A stretch of 64,000 bases of DNA from the human T2T-CHM13v2.0 reference genome, Homo sapiens, in NCBI RefSeq assembly GCF_009914755.1, contig NC_060934.1. The stretch is one strand, 5' to 3'. A model generated the notes under the pieces. It saw only the letters and a list, made by a program, of their open reading frames with translations. It was not told the DNA's origin and searched no databases. This document shows, piece by piece, positions 32,571-49,979 of this stretch. Numbering within the stretch: position 1 is the stretch's first letter; every line of letters starts with the position of its first letter. The translations under genes and the position numbers were made by a program.

Positions 32571-33060
32571 ATTACTGTAAAACTAAAGTCATGTTTTCTA
32601 TCAGAATATTATCTTTATATAAGATATATATAACTAACAGGCAGGTGAGTTGACCAAGGATTGGGGAAGATAGACAACCTGACCTATCTCATAAGGAAAT
32701 GTATTCACATTGAGTAAACAATTCACCCAAAGTTATAATTCATTAATCAGAAGATAATTACAAGCTGTCATCATTTCGAATTAATAAGATTGCATTATCT
32801 TTTAAGAGTATATAAACCACCAGAGTACATCAGAATACTTTTAACTGAGGAAGATGACGGGCAAGGAGTCCCATATGACAGGAGCAGAGGGAGCAAGAAG
32901 AAGAGGGGATATAAGGAAGGATATGGGAGCCCAGATCACACAGGGCCTGAAAGGGCAAACACGAGAAGGAGCTTCACTTTTACTTTAGAGTGAAAGAGCC
33001 ACTGCAGAGTTTTGTGTAAAGGGGTGATTAGATCTAACTTACATTACAAAAGCATCACTC

Positions 33061-33222
33061 AGCCAGGCGCAGTGGCTCGCCTATAATCCCAGCACTATGG
33101 GAGGCTGAGGCAGGAGGATCATGTGAGCCCAGGAGATCTAGGCTGTAGTGAGCCATGATTGCACCACTGCTCTCTGGCCTGGGCAACAGAATGAGACCCT
33201 GTCTCGTAAAAAAAAAAAAATA
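33061..33222 (+). mobile_element. Alu monomer (FAM/FRAM-like)
   Basis: Single ~145-nt monomer with A-tail; TSD GCATCACTC. Confidence 0.85.
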
Positions 33223-34040
33223 AATGAGTGAATGAATGCATCACTCTGGCTGCTGAATTGAGAACAGATCGCAGGAAGCCGAGGGCCGAGGCAGACAACT
33301 ATATGGGAAGATCAAACACAGCAATCCAGGGCAGAAGGTGAGGGTGGCTTGGGCCCATGCAGTAGCCAGGGGAAGTTGTGAGAACTACACAAGTTCAGGT
33401 GGATTTTCAAGGAAGAACTTAATATGAATTTCTGTCTGACTGAATGAGGGACATGGGGGAAAAAAAATCAAACATAACTCCAACAGTTTTTGAAGTTGCC
33501 ATCACCTATAATGGGGAAGTTCAGCCTTAGACATACTGAATTTGGAATGTCGATTGGATACCAGTGGAGATGCAGTGGGCAGTTGAATATGGGGTCAGCA
33601 GGTCACCAGACTGCTCTGGACTGAAAACTTAATCCCTGGGAATCACTGGCACATGATTTGTACTTAAAGCCATGAGGTAAAATGAGATCCCCAGGAGCAT
33701 GAGTGTAGACACAGAAGAGAAGAGGAGGCAGGGGACTGCGCCCTGAAGTCTCCAAAGTTAGGCGATGCAGAAGAGAGGAGGGACCAGCAACCACTCCGAG
33801 TGCTGTAATCTCACGTCCTAGAAAGAGAGTGTCAAGGAAGAATGAACCATCCACTGTGTAAACGCCACTGATAAGCAAGTACAATGAGGACTGAGAACTA
33901 AGCGTTGGATTTAGCAATGCGCAGGGTACTGACTACCTTTGGCAGAGTGACAATGTAGAAGACTGAATGAGGAGCACTAAAAAATGGGAAGACAGAGGAG
34001 AGAGCAAATACAGACAACTCTTAGAAGGAGCTGGGTTTGA

Positions 34041-34290
34041 TTTTTTCCTAGAGATAGGGTCTTGCTCTGCCACTCAGGCTGTAGTGCAGTGCCATGATCA
34101 GAGCTCAGTGCAGCCTTGACCTCCTAGGCTCAGGTAATCCTCCTGCCTCAGCCTCCCGAGTAGCTGAGAATATAGGCATGCTCCCCTAGATGTGACTAAT
34201 TTTTAATTTTTTTTGTAGTGACAGGGTCTCGATGTTGCCCCAGGCTGGTCTCAAACGCCTAAACTCAAGCAATCCTCCCACCATAGCCTT
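34041..34290 (-). mobile_element. AluJ (5'-truncated)
   Basis: GCAGCCTTGACCTCCTAGGCTCAGGT. Confidence 0.88.
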
Positions 34291-34605
34291 CTGAAGACTT
34301 GGTTCAACAGAGAATTGATCCTTGTACGGGAAGTGGGGTAAAGAAGTTTTAGCTGGAGCTGTCATTCAGTAGTTGTGAAGGAACAGGGTCAAGCGCGCAG
34401 GTGGATTAAATCCAAGAGGGCAGCTCCTCTATGGTCCCACAGAGGAAGGCAGGCAGCAGATGCCCCACGTGGGGCAAATGTGGTTGAGGGAACATGTGAT
34501 AATTCCCTGAAGATTGTTTCGCTATTTTCAGTAAACTAGGAAACAGGGTTTCATGCTGAGAGTGAGGACATGGAAGAAAATGTTTGCATTTAAAAGAGAA
34601 GGTTG

Positions 34606-35055
<450 letters not shown>

Positions 35056-35687
35056 TCATTCATTACAGCTCTAGGTGGCCGAGAGCCTTCTATAGTAGGA
35101 TCCATATCTAACTGTTATCAATGTTTAATCTGGAAGAAAAACCAAAAGGAACAGGAGACAATTACTTTCATTTTTGCCATATATATTTCTACACTGCTTG
35201 AGCTTTTACAAGATAAACAGCAGTTTTATAAATTTCCAAATTGCATTTTTATGTAATAATCTGCTGTAAACCTTGTTTTCAGCAGTATAGTTTACAACTT
35301 CTCCTCAAATTCTTTTCCAGCCACAGTGAATTGTTATTTGCTGTACCCTGAAATTACAACTGTATCCAGGAAACTTTACACCAATTCACCAGATAATTAA
35401 TTTCCTGATGACTGCTACTGCTGTCATGTTCCCATTCTTCAGGATCCCTGAAACTACCTGAAAGATGAAAGAAGCATGGTAACATGCTTACATCAAAGTT
35501 TCATTAACAGGTTTAACTTAACACACTTGCCAACATTTCAAGAGGCGTGTTTCGGAAGCTGGCAAGCTCCCAAGTCCCCTCCACACTTCAAAACTCCTCT
35601 TGAGCCTTTCTCATCCCTACCCCACAAACACCGAGTGCTTACTATCTATGTGCCAGGCACTATGAAGGGCTGGAGATGCCGTGACGA

Positions 35688-36421
35688 TGAAACCGCCTTT
35701 GCAAAAGTATAACTGAGGAAAGTATGACAGTGAAAGAAATCAGACCTAACCGACTCCATCTTGTTTCTAACCTTTAAGCTGTCCTTGTTTGTTCTTGGGC
35801 ATAGGCTGAACTAACTTTGGGAAGGGATTCAGTTCATGGTTTGACTCTGAAGCAAAACTGATAATAGCCCTTTCCCAGAAAGACCCCCTTCTTGCCTGGG
35901 GACCAGTCCACCTTGCAGTACTAACAAATTAGCTACAAGATTAGAAAGTACAGTGTAGGGGTCATGCAGCCTCTGGTTCCAAGAGTCTGAACCTCTCCAC
36001 GTGGCTCCTGGGGGTAACATCACTATTGAAAAATCTAAGATCAGTGCTTGAGATATTTTGTAGACCCTGCACTCGATGGATCAGCTGACACCACCCAGAC
36101 AGGTAATCTGGCTCAACCAGTTCTGCCATCTCACCCAGGAACAGAAAACAGCAAGAAAACCTCACTTCAACCCCCTATTATTCCATCTCCAGCCTGAACA
36201 ATCAGCACTTCTCACTTCCCAAGCCCCTACCCAAATTTCTTTAAATTATCTTTAAAAACTCTGCTCCCCAGTGCTCAGGAGATTGATTTGAATAATAATA
36301 AAACTCCGGTCTCCTGAACAGCCAGCTCTGTGTGAATTACTCTTTCTCCATTGCAATTCCCCTGTCTTGATAAATCAGTTCTGTCTAGGCAGTGGGCAAG
36401 GGAACCCATTGGGCGGTTACA
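35688..36421 (+). mobile_element. LTR8-family (LTR8A-like, ERV1) full-length solo LTR
   Basis: TGAAACCGCCTTTGCAAAA...GGGCGGTTACA termini, AATAAA near 36297, 4-bp near-TSD ACGA/AAGA. Confidence 0.88.
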
Positions 36422-36709
36422 AAGAAGGGAGGAAAAAAAAAATAAAAGCAAACACAAGTTTTTTCCCCAGTGTAGGGTAGCAGCCAGATATCGATAATCA
36501 TGAAAATAAATGCAAAGTGACAACTCTGAAAAGCCCTATACAAGAGGAGGTTGTTGCACCAGGAAAAGTATAAGAGAGAGAGATGTGAACAACTCAGGGA
36601 CAGCGTTCTCGAGGAAGCGACAATTATGCTGGGATCTGAAGGAAGCACAGACATTAACTTGGAGGTGCTGAAGTGAGGAACAGAAAGAGAACCGCACTTA
36701 CAAAGGCCC

Positions 36710-36950
36710 TGGGGTAGCATGCTTAGACTCTAGGCTCATGCTTAGACTCTAGAGCCATGCGACATAATTACAAATCCCAGCTCTGCAACTGGGCATATTG
36801 GTAAACATCTCTGTGTATCCATTGTTTATTGTGTAAAACAGGTATAGTCATGCTAACCTTACAGAATTGTTATAAGGGTTAAATGAGTTATTTGTAAAGC
36901 TTACAATGATGCCTTGCTTTGCTGAACAACTTATGTAAGCATCTTTTAAA
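36710..36950 (+). mobile_element. MIR
   Basis: AAATCCCAGCTCTGC...ACAGAATTGTTATAAGGGTTAAATGAGTTA. Confidence 0.7.
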
Positions 36951-37182
36951 TAAAAATAATTCCAAATTAAATGCTAAAACTTATTAAGTATGTCCAAGCA
37001 TTAAGGAGGCAGATGACAAAATGTAAGTTTATCCTGCTGGATGCATTAAGGGGAAAAGAAAGCTTTCACAATAGGCAATAAAGACAGGCAACAACAGACC
37101 CCATGTATTGGGTAGAGTGAACTGAGAGATGAGAACTTAAAAATGTGATCACACCTGCCGCACCCTCCCCCAATTGACCTTT

Positions 37183-37428
37183 GGCCAGGCACAGTGACTC
37201 ACACCCAGTAAACCCAACACCCAACACTGGGAGGCTGAGGCAGGAGGATTGCTTAAATCCAGGAGTATGGGACCAGCCTGAGCAACATAGCAAGACCCCG
37301 TTTCTAAAAAAAAAAAGGAGGATTGCCTGAGCCCAGGATTTGAGGCTGCAGTGAGTCAAGGTGGTGCCACTGCACTCCAGGCTGGGTGACACAGTGACAC
37401 CTTGTCTCAAAAAATTAAAATTTAAAAA
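37183..37428 (+). mobile_element. AluJ with an internal deletion after the middle A-tract
   Basis: A-linker joins directly to GGAGGATTGCCTGAGCCC. Confidence 0.88.
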
Positions 37429-38290
37429 CAACTTTCAATATAAAGATAATGCAACATATATTTGCAAGAGACAACTATAATTTTGGTGATATCAATAGTA
37501 TGTATCTATTAACAATATACTGACAATATTGGCTGATGTAAACTGTACACCAGTGCACATTCTATATCAAAATCCAAACTGAGACTCCAGGGAACCAATC
37601 ATTTGTCATTAACACTAACCACACTGAAATAGTTGCAGAGTCATTTTAGACAATGTTTCAAGTGATACAGAAAAATAATATTAATCCCTTTATTGAGGTA
37701 ATTAGAAATAATTTGCACTTTCCTCCAGACTACCAGTGTTAGACATAATAAACACACACACTGGAGATGACCAGCTATGGCATACAGATGTGGGCTTATT
37801 GAAACAATTATTACTCAGAACAGACCTGCTGACAACAAATGTGCATTCAAATTATTCGATCTGTCTGGATCTCTGGGTCCCTAACTCTTGAAGTGACAGC
37901 ACAAAACAGTTCATTAGATATAGGGTCAATGTTGTTAGTATTAAGCATTGTTATCCTCATTTTTTTTTTTGGCAGAACGAAAACTTGGAAAATCCTGGTT
38001 ACATTCAGAGATGGTGGCAAAAAGAGTCAGCAATATAATTCATCTAGAAGTATTTTTAATACTCAAAGTCTTGATTTTGAGCCTTTTAACATTAATTCTC
38101 CCAGCAATTTTTCTAAAATTTCTGGATGTAATTAAGATATTCAGAAAAAAAATGTAGAGAACTCATGCTTGCAGGTTCCTGTTTATAGTTTCAGTGCTTT
38201 AAAGTTTTTAATACACTTTTATCTTCCATTTCAAAGGCTATATTAATTATATAGGAAAAAGCTGACAGAATTTGCAACTCAACAAGGCTA

Positions 38291-38679
<389 letters not shown>

Positions 38680-41600
38680 TTAACAAAAAAAGTCACAAAA
38701 AAAGGCTTTACCATTTGCTAGGAACCATTTCACAAAACCCACCTTTATTATAGAAATTATCTTCTGAATTACTAAGATGAGGCAGGGGAAGGGAAAAGGA
38801 AGTAGTAAGAAAAAAGAAGCCAGGAAACATATTTTCTTCCTAAAAAGATGAGAATAAAGTCCTCATGCTTTGTAAAAGGGAAAATTACCAGGGTTGTCAT
38901 GTTTGTCAAACAATAGAGAACCGTCTTTTCATCAGGAAAACTATAAAGCAAGCATACACCAGCTGGACTACATCAAAAGCAATCAAAGCAAGGCAAAAAA
39001 TAAAACCTCCAACTTACCCAAATGCTTGTGGTTCAGAACGCCTAAAGAGAATTAGGCAAAGTATGTGAGCTCTGATTTACTAACACATATTGGGTTGATG
39101 ATTCATAGCTCCTCATGGAGACTTTACGCCTAAATGAAAATAACGATGTGTAATGCAACTGAAAGTTACTGAGGAGCCTGATCAAAGTGATGAGTAGATA
39201 ACAGTTGAAAGTAGCAGTGATAGCTAACTTCAGATCAGTAGGGAGGAGGCCAAAAGAGGCCGGTGGAGAATTGGCTATGGTTCAACTGAGGCAGTGTGAT
39301 AAATAAAATCGGACGCTGGAAAGGAGTCGGGGGTAGGGCAGCGGTGGTAGAGAGGTGGTTGGGGGAGAACTAGAATACAGAGCAAAGGGATTTAGTCGTA
39401 GAGGAATTAATCTTCAGATTAAAGGATCAATATGACACTAAAACCATTTATGCACTTGGCAAGCTGTGATCCTGCACACTTGAGCAGCAAAATCGTGTGT
39501 GGAAGAAAGAAATGCAGCTTTATCAGCTCCATGTTTAGTCTCAGCAACAACAGGTGAGACAGACAGGTAAAAGATTGGCTAACTAATGTTAAACGGAGGC
39601 AGAAATATCTCCCTTAAAGTAAATAACTGACTTTCAAACATATGTTAGTCACAGGCCACGAAGACACTATAAGACCTAATAGGAGGCTTTCTAATCAAAC
39701 CATCCAGGCCATATTCTAGGCAATGATACCTACTGCCATGCGATCACAGTCTCCAAACACAAGGAACCAAAAAAAGAAAATCAAGATTCAGGAAAGCCTA
39801 ATTCAAAGTAAAAAATTACTAAATAAAATAGAAGTTTCTGTTGTCCAAAACAAAATTTAAAAACACCAGAATTTTTTTTAAAAAATAAAACAAACATGTA
39901 ACTTACACCAACAGATACTTATTTTAAATACCCAGCACGACCTAGGGCCGATTAGAATCTCAATTCCTCATTTCAGAAATGTTTGAAACAAAACTAGAGA
40001 AACTAGAGAATTTCACACTTTCCTTCCCTCCACCTCCACAGCACTTTTTCAAGAAATACATCTATGCCACAATCAAGGCACAAGTATCTAGATCTATTGA
40101 TCTAACTATATATCATAGATATTCTGAAAATACAAGGAAAATGATGACAAAGTACGGAGCATAGATCCACCTATACAAACTATAAAGAGAATTTCGTTTA
40201 GAACAACTTATTTCCTATTGCTTTCTCACAGAATTTGAACAAATATAACTTATTGCTTTTAAACCTAAAAACATAAATTCAATGCTAAAATGTGACACTA
40301 AATTTCAAAACAATGACATATCTAAAATGGGAAAAAATTTAAAAAATACAGAAGCACAAGAAGGAAAGACATTTTTCCAATTCCAGAAAACTGCTTCTGT
40401 AAAAATATAATATTCTGTACAAGACAGTAGTGGTTCCTAAGAGAATAAATGGCTCAGAATTTGATGAAAGTGTTCCCGCAGCGAACAATTCACTCTGCTT
40501 GCAGATTCCAGATGCTCAACATTCCTGACATCAGAACGGAAAAATTTACTGTTAGTCTAGAGAAATTTAATATCACCATTCTTGTCATATCCCTCATAGC
40601 TTCATTATTAGTACAAGTCTGGGGAAGCCATAAACCTATGTTAAATGATAAAAAAAGATGTTCTCTGGGTTCAATCATACTCATATAAGCAACCAAAATA
40701 TCTAGAAGTCATATGGAAAAAGACTTGAGGGAAAAACAAATATGTATTTACGTGTTTTTTGTCTTAGTTCTCACATTTGCATTCTGTGCAGTATGGTCAG
40801 GCATCGGACCAAAACGTTTTACTATAACCTAGGGCTAATAAACACTAAAGAACATATATCGACGCCCAGAACAACACTATAAAATTTTATTATATTAATA
40901 AAATAGGATACACCAAGCTTTAAATTTTCCACTTTGTCAAAGGTAAAATAATCAGCACTGTTCGGTGCCATTCATAACAGGCTGCAATTTTTCCCATTTA
41001 AAGTATGTTTTATTTCCAAAACTACCTATAGTACACTAAAATACTAACACAACCCTGAGAGAGGCAATCTCTTTCTCACACTTTCCCTCAACTGCAAATA
41101 ACTTATTAAAGCATTGGGCCAGCTGAGTTTGTAAATATGTAAAACAATCTAAATAATTATAGTATTGCAGCTTGCTTGATAACACTTTATACAATTATCT
41201 TAAAGTCCATAAATTCAGGGTGAGTTAACAGGGGAACATGCATACAACTTTACCTAACTTTCATTTGTACATGCCATCTCTAAGCTTTAAATAGGTTCCA
41301 ATTTGTAATTAACTGTCAATAGTCTGTAGCTCTGCACAAAGTATTCTCTACTACCAAAATAAATACGATGGTAGTTTGATTTTTAGCAGTATTCACCCAA
41401 AAAATAAAGCCATAGAAAAATGAAAATTACTTCTAAAGCTCATAAATTATGGCCTATAACCATCCTTTCCAAAAATCGATTACATTTACGTTACATTAAA
41501 ACAATTACAGGCTTTCCTACTTGAAGTAATTGGCTATAAAAGCTAAAATGCAGTATTGGCTTTATGATATTCATAGTAAGATAGGACTTATCTCAAGCAT

Positions 41601-43308
41601 AACATGTAGTTTGACCAAACTGGACAGTAAATCTGGATTTTACATTACATTGCAAGGTAGCAATTCAAATCTTACCTCTCATCACATTACTGTAGCCAGC
41701 ATTCATTGTATTAAGTGGTAAGCAATCAACAGATCAGTAGGTGCTAACCTTGATCAGGAAGTATTGGTCATGGCAAGAGAAACCATGGAAGCAGAAAGTG
41801 GCCTATTTGGTTGTAGAGATGATGTAGTAGAAAGAGAGGTAGGCTTTTCTCCTAGAGCTGTTATCATAGTCAACAGAGATAAAGAATGAGTATGTAGCAT
41901 CTAATTAATGCTTCCCAGTTTTGCAACGGGACAAAAGCATAAAAAACATCAAGCACAAGGTTGGCCCTTAATAAGCAGTAGCTTCTATTGTCATCTTTAT
42001 CATATCCTCTTAGAGGCTTGTTAGTGGAATTAAAAAGCATTTAAGTGAAAGGAAGGCTCTTAGCAGAGTTCAAGGGATAAAAGTATCTTAAATGGCTTTC
42101 TTTGCAAACATTCTCCAAGAACAACCTGTTACACAATAATGCAGCGGCTGAACTCCTAAGAAACCTCAAGCTAACAAAAAGACGAACCCTCATTTCAATA
42201 GGGAAAGACATGGTAGGTTAGAAAGTTTGCAACTAATAATAACTAAGGTCCTTCCACCGTGAATTTTAGAAAAATAAAGTAATCTAAGCTGTAAACGTTT
42301 TTTCTTTTTAGCTAAAAATAACAAACTGGTGGTTCACTACTGATAACTACCAAGTTAAATGCTTCCCAGCCTTTCAATCCACACTCAAGTATTCTCTAAA
42401 CAGGTGACATTTTTTTTAGCAACAGAATTCATAACTATTGGGATTAAATCCTTCCCACCCAAAAGAACAAAGGAGCAGCCAGCAAAACTTCCTGACACAT
42501 AATGAAATATCCAGAAGCAGACTGGTGATGCATAAAGAACTGAATACAAGATAAGAGTGGCACTTCAAATCAGTTATGTGGTGAGGAATTATTCTACCAA
42601 GAGCAGTAACTGCTGGTTCACCATTTCAGAAACAAGTGAAATCAAATAAACTAGATCCCCACGTAATGAGGCGAATCCCAATAATCTCATTACATCCAAA
42701 TCATGTTATGAAAATTCAGTCTAAGAGACACTTGCTAGAGTAAAAATCCCTTCAAGATACGTACGGAGGTGATTTTTCTACAACCCCTAAATTTGTCAAG
42801 AAGAAACAAAGCAAAATATATATACCTTAGGTAGTCTGTGCCTTATCTTAAAACATGTTCACTGGAGCTCCCTGGGCAATATTTTTAAAATCTAGGTGAT
42901 TCGAGTGCTGCACTATATCGGAAAGAGAAGTTTAACATTTAATGTGAGTGCTAGCAAATAAAATATTTTAAAGTTTTTATCAGTATTTTCAATAGTGCTA
43001 TGCTAGCTATTTAATTTCATCTTAACAGAATGAAATCATCTTCTAGATATGATCTCCATTTTTATTGGAACTGCTTACTATCCATCCCTAAAGTTCTCTT
43101 CTAAGAGGAAAAGGTCATGTTGTTTGAAGGACAAAAAAGTTCATATTCACAAACAGAAAAGACTATTTTAATATTGAACAATTCTACATCAACAGGAATC
43201 TGAAATCTACCAAGACAATTCTTAATATATTTGGTCACTCAAGCCATCACAAACTCTTTTTAGGACTGAACCCTAAGATTTGTACTACGATTAAAAAAAA
43301 AAAAAAGT

Positions 43309-43615
43309 GGCCAGGCACAGTGGCTCAGGCTTGTAAATCTCAGCATTTTGGGAGGCTGATGCAGGAGGGCCACTTGAGCTCAGGAGTTTGAGACCAGCCT
43401 GGGTAATATGGTGAGACCCCATCTCTACGAAAATAAGAAATCAGCCAGGTGTAGTGGTATGTGCCTATAGTCCCAGCTGAGGCAGGAGGATCACCTGGGC
43501 CTGGGAGTTGAGGCTGCAGTGAGCCCTGATTGCGCCAATGCACTCCAGCCAGGGTGACAGAGTGAGACTCTGTCTCAAAAAATTAAAAATTAAAAAACAA
43601 TAAAAAAATTTAAAA
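43309..43615 (+). mobile_element. AluJ
   Basis: J diagnostics; small deletion CCCAGCT|GAGGCAGG. Confidence 0.9.
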
Positions 43616-43666
43616 AGCAAAACTTTTTTGTGGCAATGAATATTACAATTTTTAAAACCTAGTGAT

Positions 43667-44298
<632 letters not shown>

Positions 44299-45006
44299 TT
44301 AAATTTAAGAGTCACTTGTTATAGCATTTTCTCCTGAGCAAGAAACTGCTAGGAAGCGAGGATGGGCATTTTCCACACTAATCACTGAGCTCGAATCTTC
44401 TGAGGAAACAGTGCAAGAGACCAGATTAATTCTTGTTTCTTAAGGTGTGGCCTGCCAAACAATGCGGGGTCCCAATAATCTTTCAAGTGGTCCACAAGCT
44501 GCTTCAGTCAGTAAGATTTTGTTCACCTATGCTCAAATTTGCAGCATGATTATAATTTTTGCAGAAATCTCATTCCATCATCGTTGCATAAGGCTATACA
44601 AGTACTGTAGAGATTATGTTTGTCAGAGTTCTTCTAACTAACTTCCACTGTCATTTGCTTATTGCCATTTGTGTTTGGAGAATTACTGTTTTACAAAATT
44701 ACAATTATATTGAGCCATACATTCTACTGAGTAAAACAGATCAAAGACAGGATTAGTTTACAGTAGTAATCAAAAATAGTAATGCAAACATAGAGGCTCC
44801 CAATCTTCTGAGTATTTCTGATCTGAGTCTCAAGTGTTATAAGGCTACAAAGGAAAGTAAATATAAGGCTATTCACCTATAAACTGAAATGTATAATATT
44901 AGGCTTCATTCCAACATCTCTTCCCACCTAACACATGCTCACTCTATTAATGTCATTGGTCTTTATCTTGGATGCCATAAACGTCATTGCAAAAATACAC
45001 AATTTT

Positions 45007-45297
45007 GGCCAGGTGCGGTGGCTCACACCTGCAATCCCAGCACTTTGGGAGGCCGAGGCAGAAGGATCACTTGAGGTCAGGAGTTCGAGACCAGCCTAGC
45101 CAACATGGTGAAACCCCATCTCTACTAAAAATACAAAAATTAGCGTACACGCCTATAATCCCAGCTACTCAGGAGGCTGAGGCACAAGAATCACTTGAAC
45201 CCAGGAGGCAGAGGTTGCAGTGAGCCGAGATCATGCCACTGCACTCCAGCCTGGGCAATAGAGTGAAACTCCATCTCAAAAAGAAAAAATAAATAAA
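45007..45297 (+). mobile_element. AluSx/Sz-like element
   Basis: TSD AAATACACAATTT. Confidence 0.92.
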
Positions 45298-46184
45298 TAC
45301 ACAATTTCACAGAGGTGAGAAAATTCAACTGTAAGCAATGCTGGAGATGAATTAGTTTCTGAAAATCTTACCCAGTTAACAACTAGAAGAAAAAACTAAC
45401 GTGCTTAACAACATATTACACTTGAAAAGAGAACAATGTGAATATCAAAGTTAAAAAAAAAAAAACCTAGAGAAACTGAAGACTGCAAATTTTTTTGTTA
45501 AAATGCTCTTTTCATTGACTTTCTGGAAGTAAAACAAAGTGCTGTCACAAAATGTTGTGAGCAATATTAAGCCAACAAAGAAAAATTCAGCAGAATCCAT
45601 TCTACATTCTATGAATTAGTACAAAGCTAAAATTATAACCTAATATGTCCTTCATTAAATTAAAAACATGATAATTTGCTTCCCTTTTCTGGATAAAGTT
45701 CTGATCATTTTTGCTACTATTTAACATGCTCTTTCCATCCCCCATTTAACGTAGATTAATTTTATATGGCCCTTTTCTTCCATCCATTACTATTAGATAA
45801 CAAAAGCATCAATGGAGAAAGTTAACAGGATTCCAACCTTAAAACACAGCATGAATCTATCTGTGTTAGGAGAAGTTAAACTAAAAATGCATTTAGGTAA
45901 CCAAAAAATAAACGACCAAAACATGACCATAAGAATTAGATTTTGTTTATCAAAAAAATAAAAATAAAAATTTTTTAATTCTAAATTTAAAAATTGTGAG
46001 AGCCACTCTCCCCTATCCCCAGTGCTCTGTCAGTTGAGAAATTCTGTCAAACAGTGGTATAAAGCCATCAAAGTTCTCTAGTAACTTTTAAATAAAGAAT
46101 AGTGATTTATTCTGCAAATAAACACAAACTAGTGCTTCCCAGGATAAAAACTGGTAGTCACTAAATGCAGAGATGAAAAACTAC

Positions 46185-47815
<1,631 letters not shown>

Positions 47816-48390
47816 AAATCTTAAAAATGAAAAATAAACTACAAAGACATCATTAACGGTTACACTCCTTACAGCAAAAGCAGAACTCGCACTATTCCCA
47901 TAAAGATTCTAAAATGAGCAATGAAATGAAACACAAATATTATGCACTGATAAAGATTACTGGTAAAATTCCTATATGAAAGGACTTTTTTAACAGTAAA
48001 GGCATGCAATGTAGTAAACTAATCACTATTATGTATGCTTGCTAGCAGGTATTTTACCTTACCATTAAAGGAAGCTACTGATATGACAAACATTGAGGCA
48101 TACTCTCTGCACGCAGGAGAAACATTGTAAGAAAAGAATACTCAGTGATTTTCTTTAGTTTATCACTGAAAACCCCATAATACCTGAAGAGGACTTTTTC
48201 ACTTAGTTCTAAATATTTTGTGAGTAGTGACAAGGACAAGAGTAAGTGTACTGATTCAGTGTTAAAGAATACAAGCTCTGTGTACAAGGAAGTACATTAC
48301 TCCCAAAAAGAAGGTTTTCCCAAATGCCAGTTCACACACTGCTTCTTGTTCACAGAGAACAGCTTGAGGTCAACTACATGGATAACGATC

Positions 48391-49112
48391 TTTTTTTAAA
48401 TTTAATTTTTATTTTCAGTTCCAGGATACATGTGCAGGACGTACAGGTTTGTTACATAGGTAAACGTGTGCCATGGTGGTTTGCTGCACCTATCAACCCA
48501 TCACCTAGGTATTAAGCCCCACATGCATTAGCTACTTTTCCGGGTGCTCTCCCTTCCCCCACCCCCAACCCCCGACAGGCTCCAGTGTGTGATGTTCCCC
48601 TCCTTGTATCCATGTGATCTCATTGTTCAGCTCCCACTTACAAGAGAAAACATGCAGTGTTTGGCTTTCTGTTCCTGCATAAGTTTGCTGACAATAATGG
48701 TTTCCAGCTCCAACCATGTCCCTGCAAAGGACATGGTTGATCTTGTTCCTTTTTATGGTTGCACAGTATTCCATGGTGTATATGGACCACATTTTCTTTA
48801 TCCAGTCTATCATTGATGGACATTTGAGTTGATTCCATGTCTTTGCTACTGTGAATAATGCTGTAATAAACACATGCATGCATGTATCTTTATAACAGAA
48901 TGACTTATATTCCTTTGGGTATATACCCAGTAATGAGATTAGTGGATCAAATGGTATTTCTGGTTCCAGATCTTTGAGAAATCGCCACACTGTCTTCCAC
49001 AATGGTTGAACTAATTTACACTCTCACCAACAGGATAAAAGCATTCTTATTTCTCTATAGCCTCACCAGCATCTGTTGTTTCTTGACTTTTTAATAATTG
49101 CCATCCTGACTG
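48391..49112 (-). mobile_element. Primate L1PA (about PA8-PA11-like) 5'-truncated 3' end
   Basis: ORF 48532..49002 (WKTVWRFLKDLEPEIPFDP...WIKKMWSIYTMEY) is the ORF2p C-terminus; typical L1PA 3'UTR. Confidence 0.93.
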
Positions 49113-49576
49113 AACTACTTGCCCAACAATCTTAATTTGCTCTGCAAAGAAACCGAAAAGTATGAATATGATCAAATCAAATCAGCAAAGTATACTTTGG
49201 GTGGGGGAACTGTTGGAGGAAAAAAGCAACAAGTTCAAGACCTTGCTTTTCCACAAGGAAATATATGAATTACCAAGAAGAAAAAAATGTTAACATGAGA
49301 TTTTTTTTTATACGAAAGATGAGAACAAAGTAATTTCATGACACTGACGATATCAGTAAAATCCACTTTTGTTTTTTAAACTGGATTCCTTGAGTGGTAA
49401 ATCTCAGTGATATATTCATTACCTTCAGTAATTTGAATCTATCACTTTAAGGATAAAGGATCATGATTTTGGTACCAGAAGTGAGGTTAACGAGACTTCC
49501 CTAAGCAAACTGATCTATAGTGCAAACAACTTGAACATGGGCCAAACATTTTTAAAAGAACTAAGCAGCACTTCTT

Positions 49577-49979
<403 letters not shown>

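Larger units (their letters stand above)
32920..34580 (-). mobile_element. Long L2 remnant interrupted by two Alus
   Basis: CAGATCACACAGGGCC, GAGCCACTGCAGAGTTTTG, ATCACTCTGGCTGCTG and TTGGATTTAGCAA motifs typical of antisense L2. Confidence 0.75.

Noticed and set aside
48532-49002. 156-aa ORF
   Set aside because: L1 ORF2p C-terminal remnant in a 5'-truncated element; not a gene.
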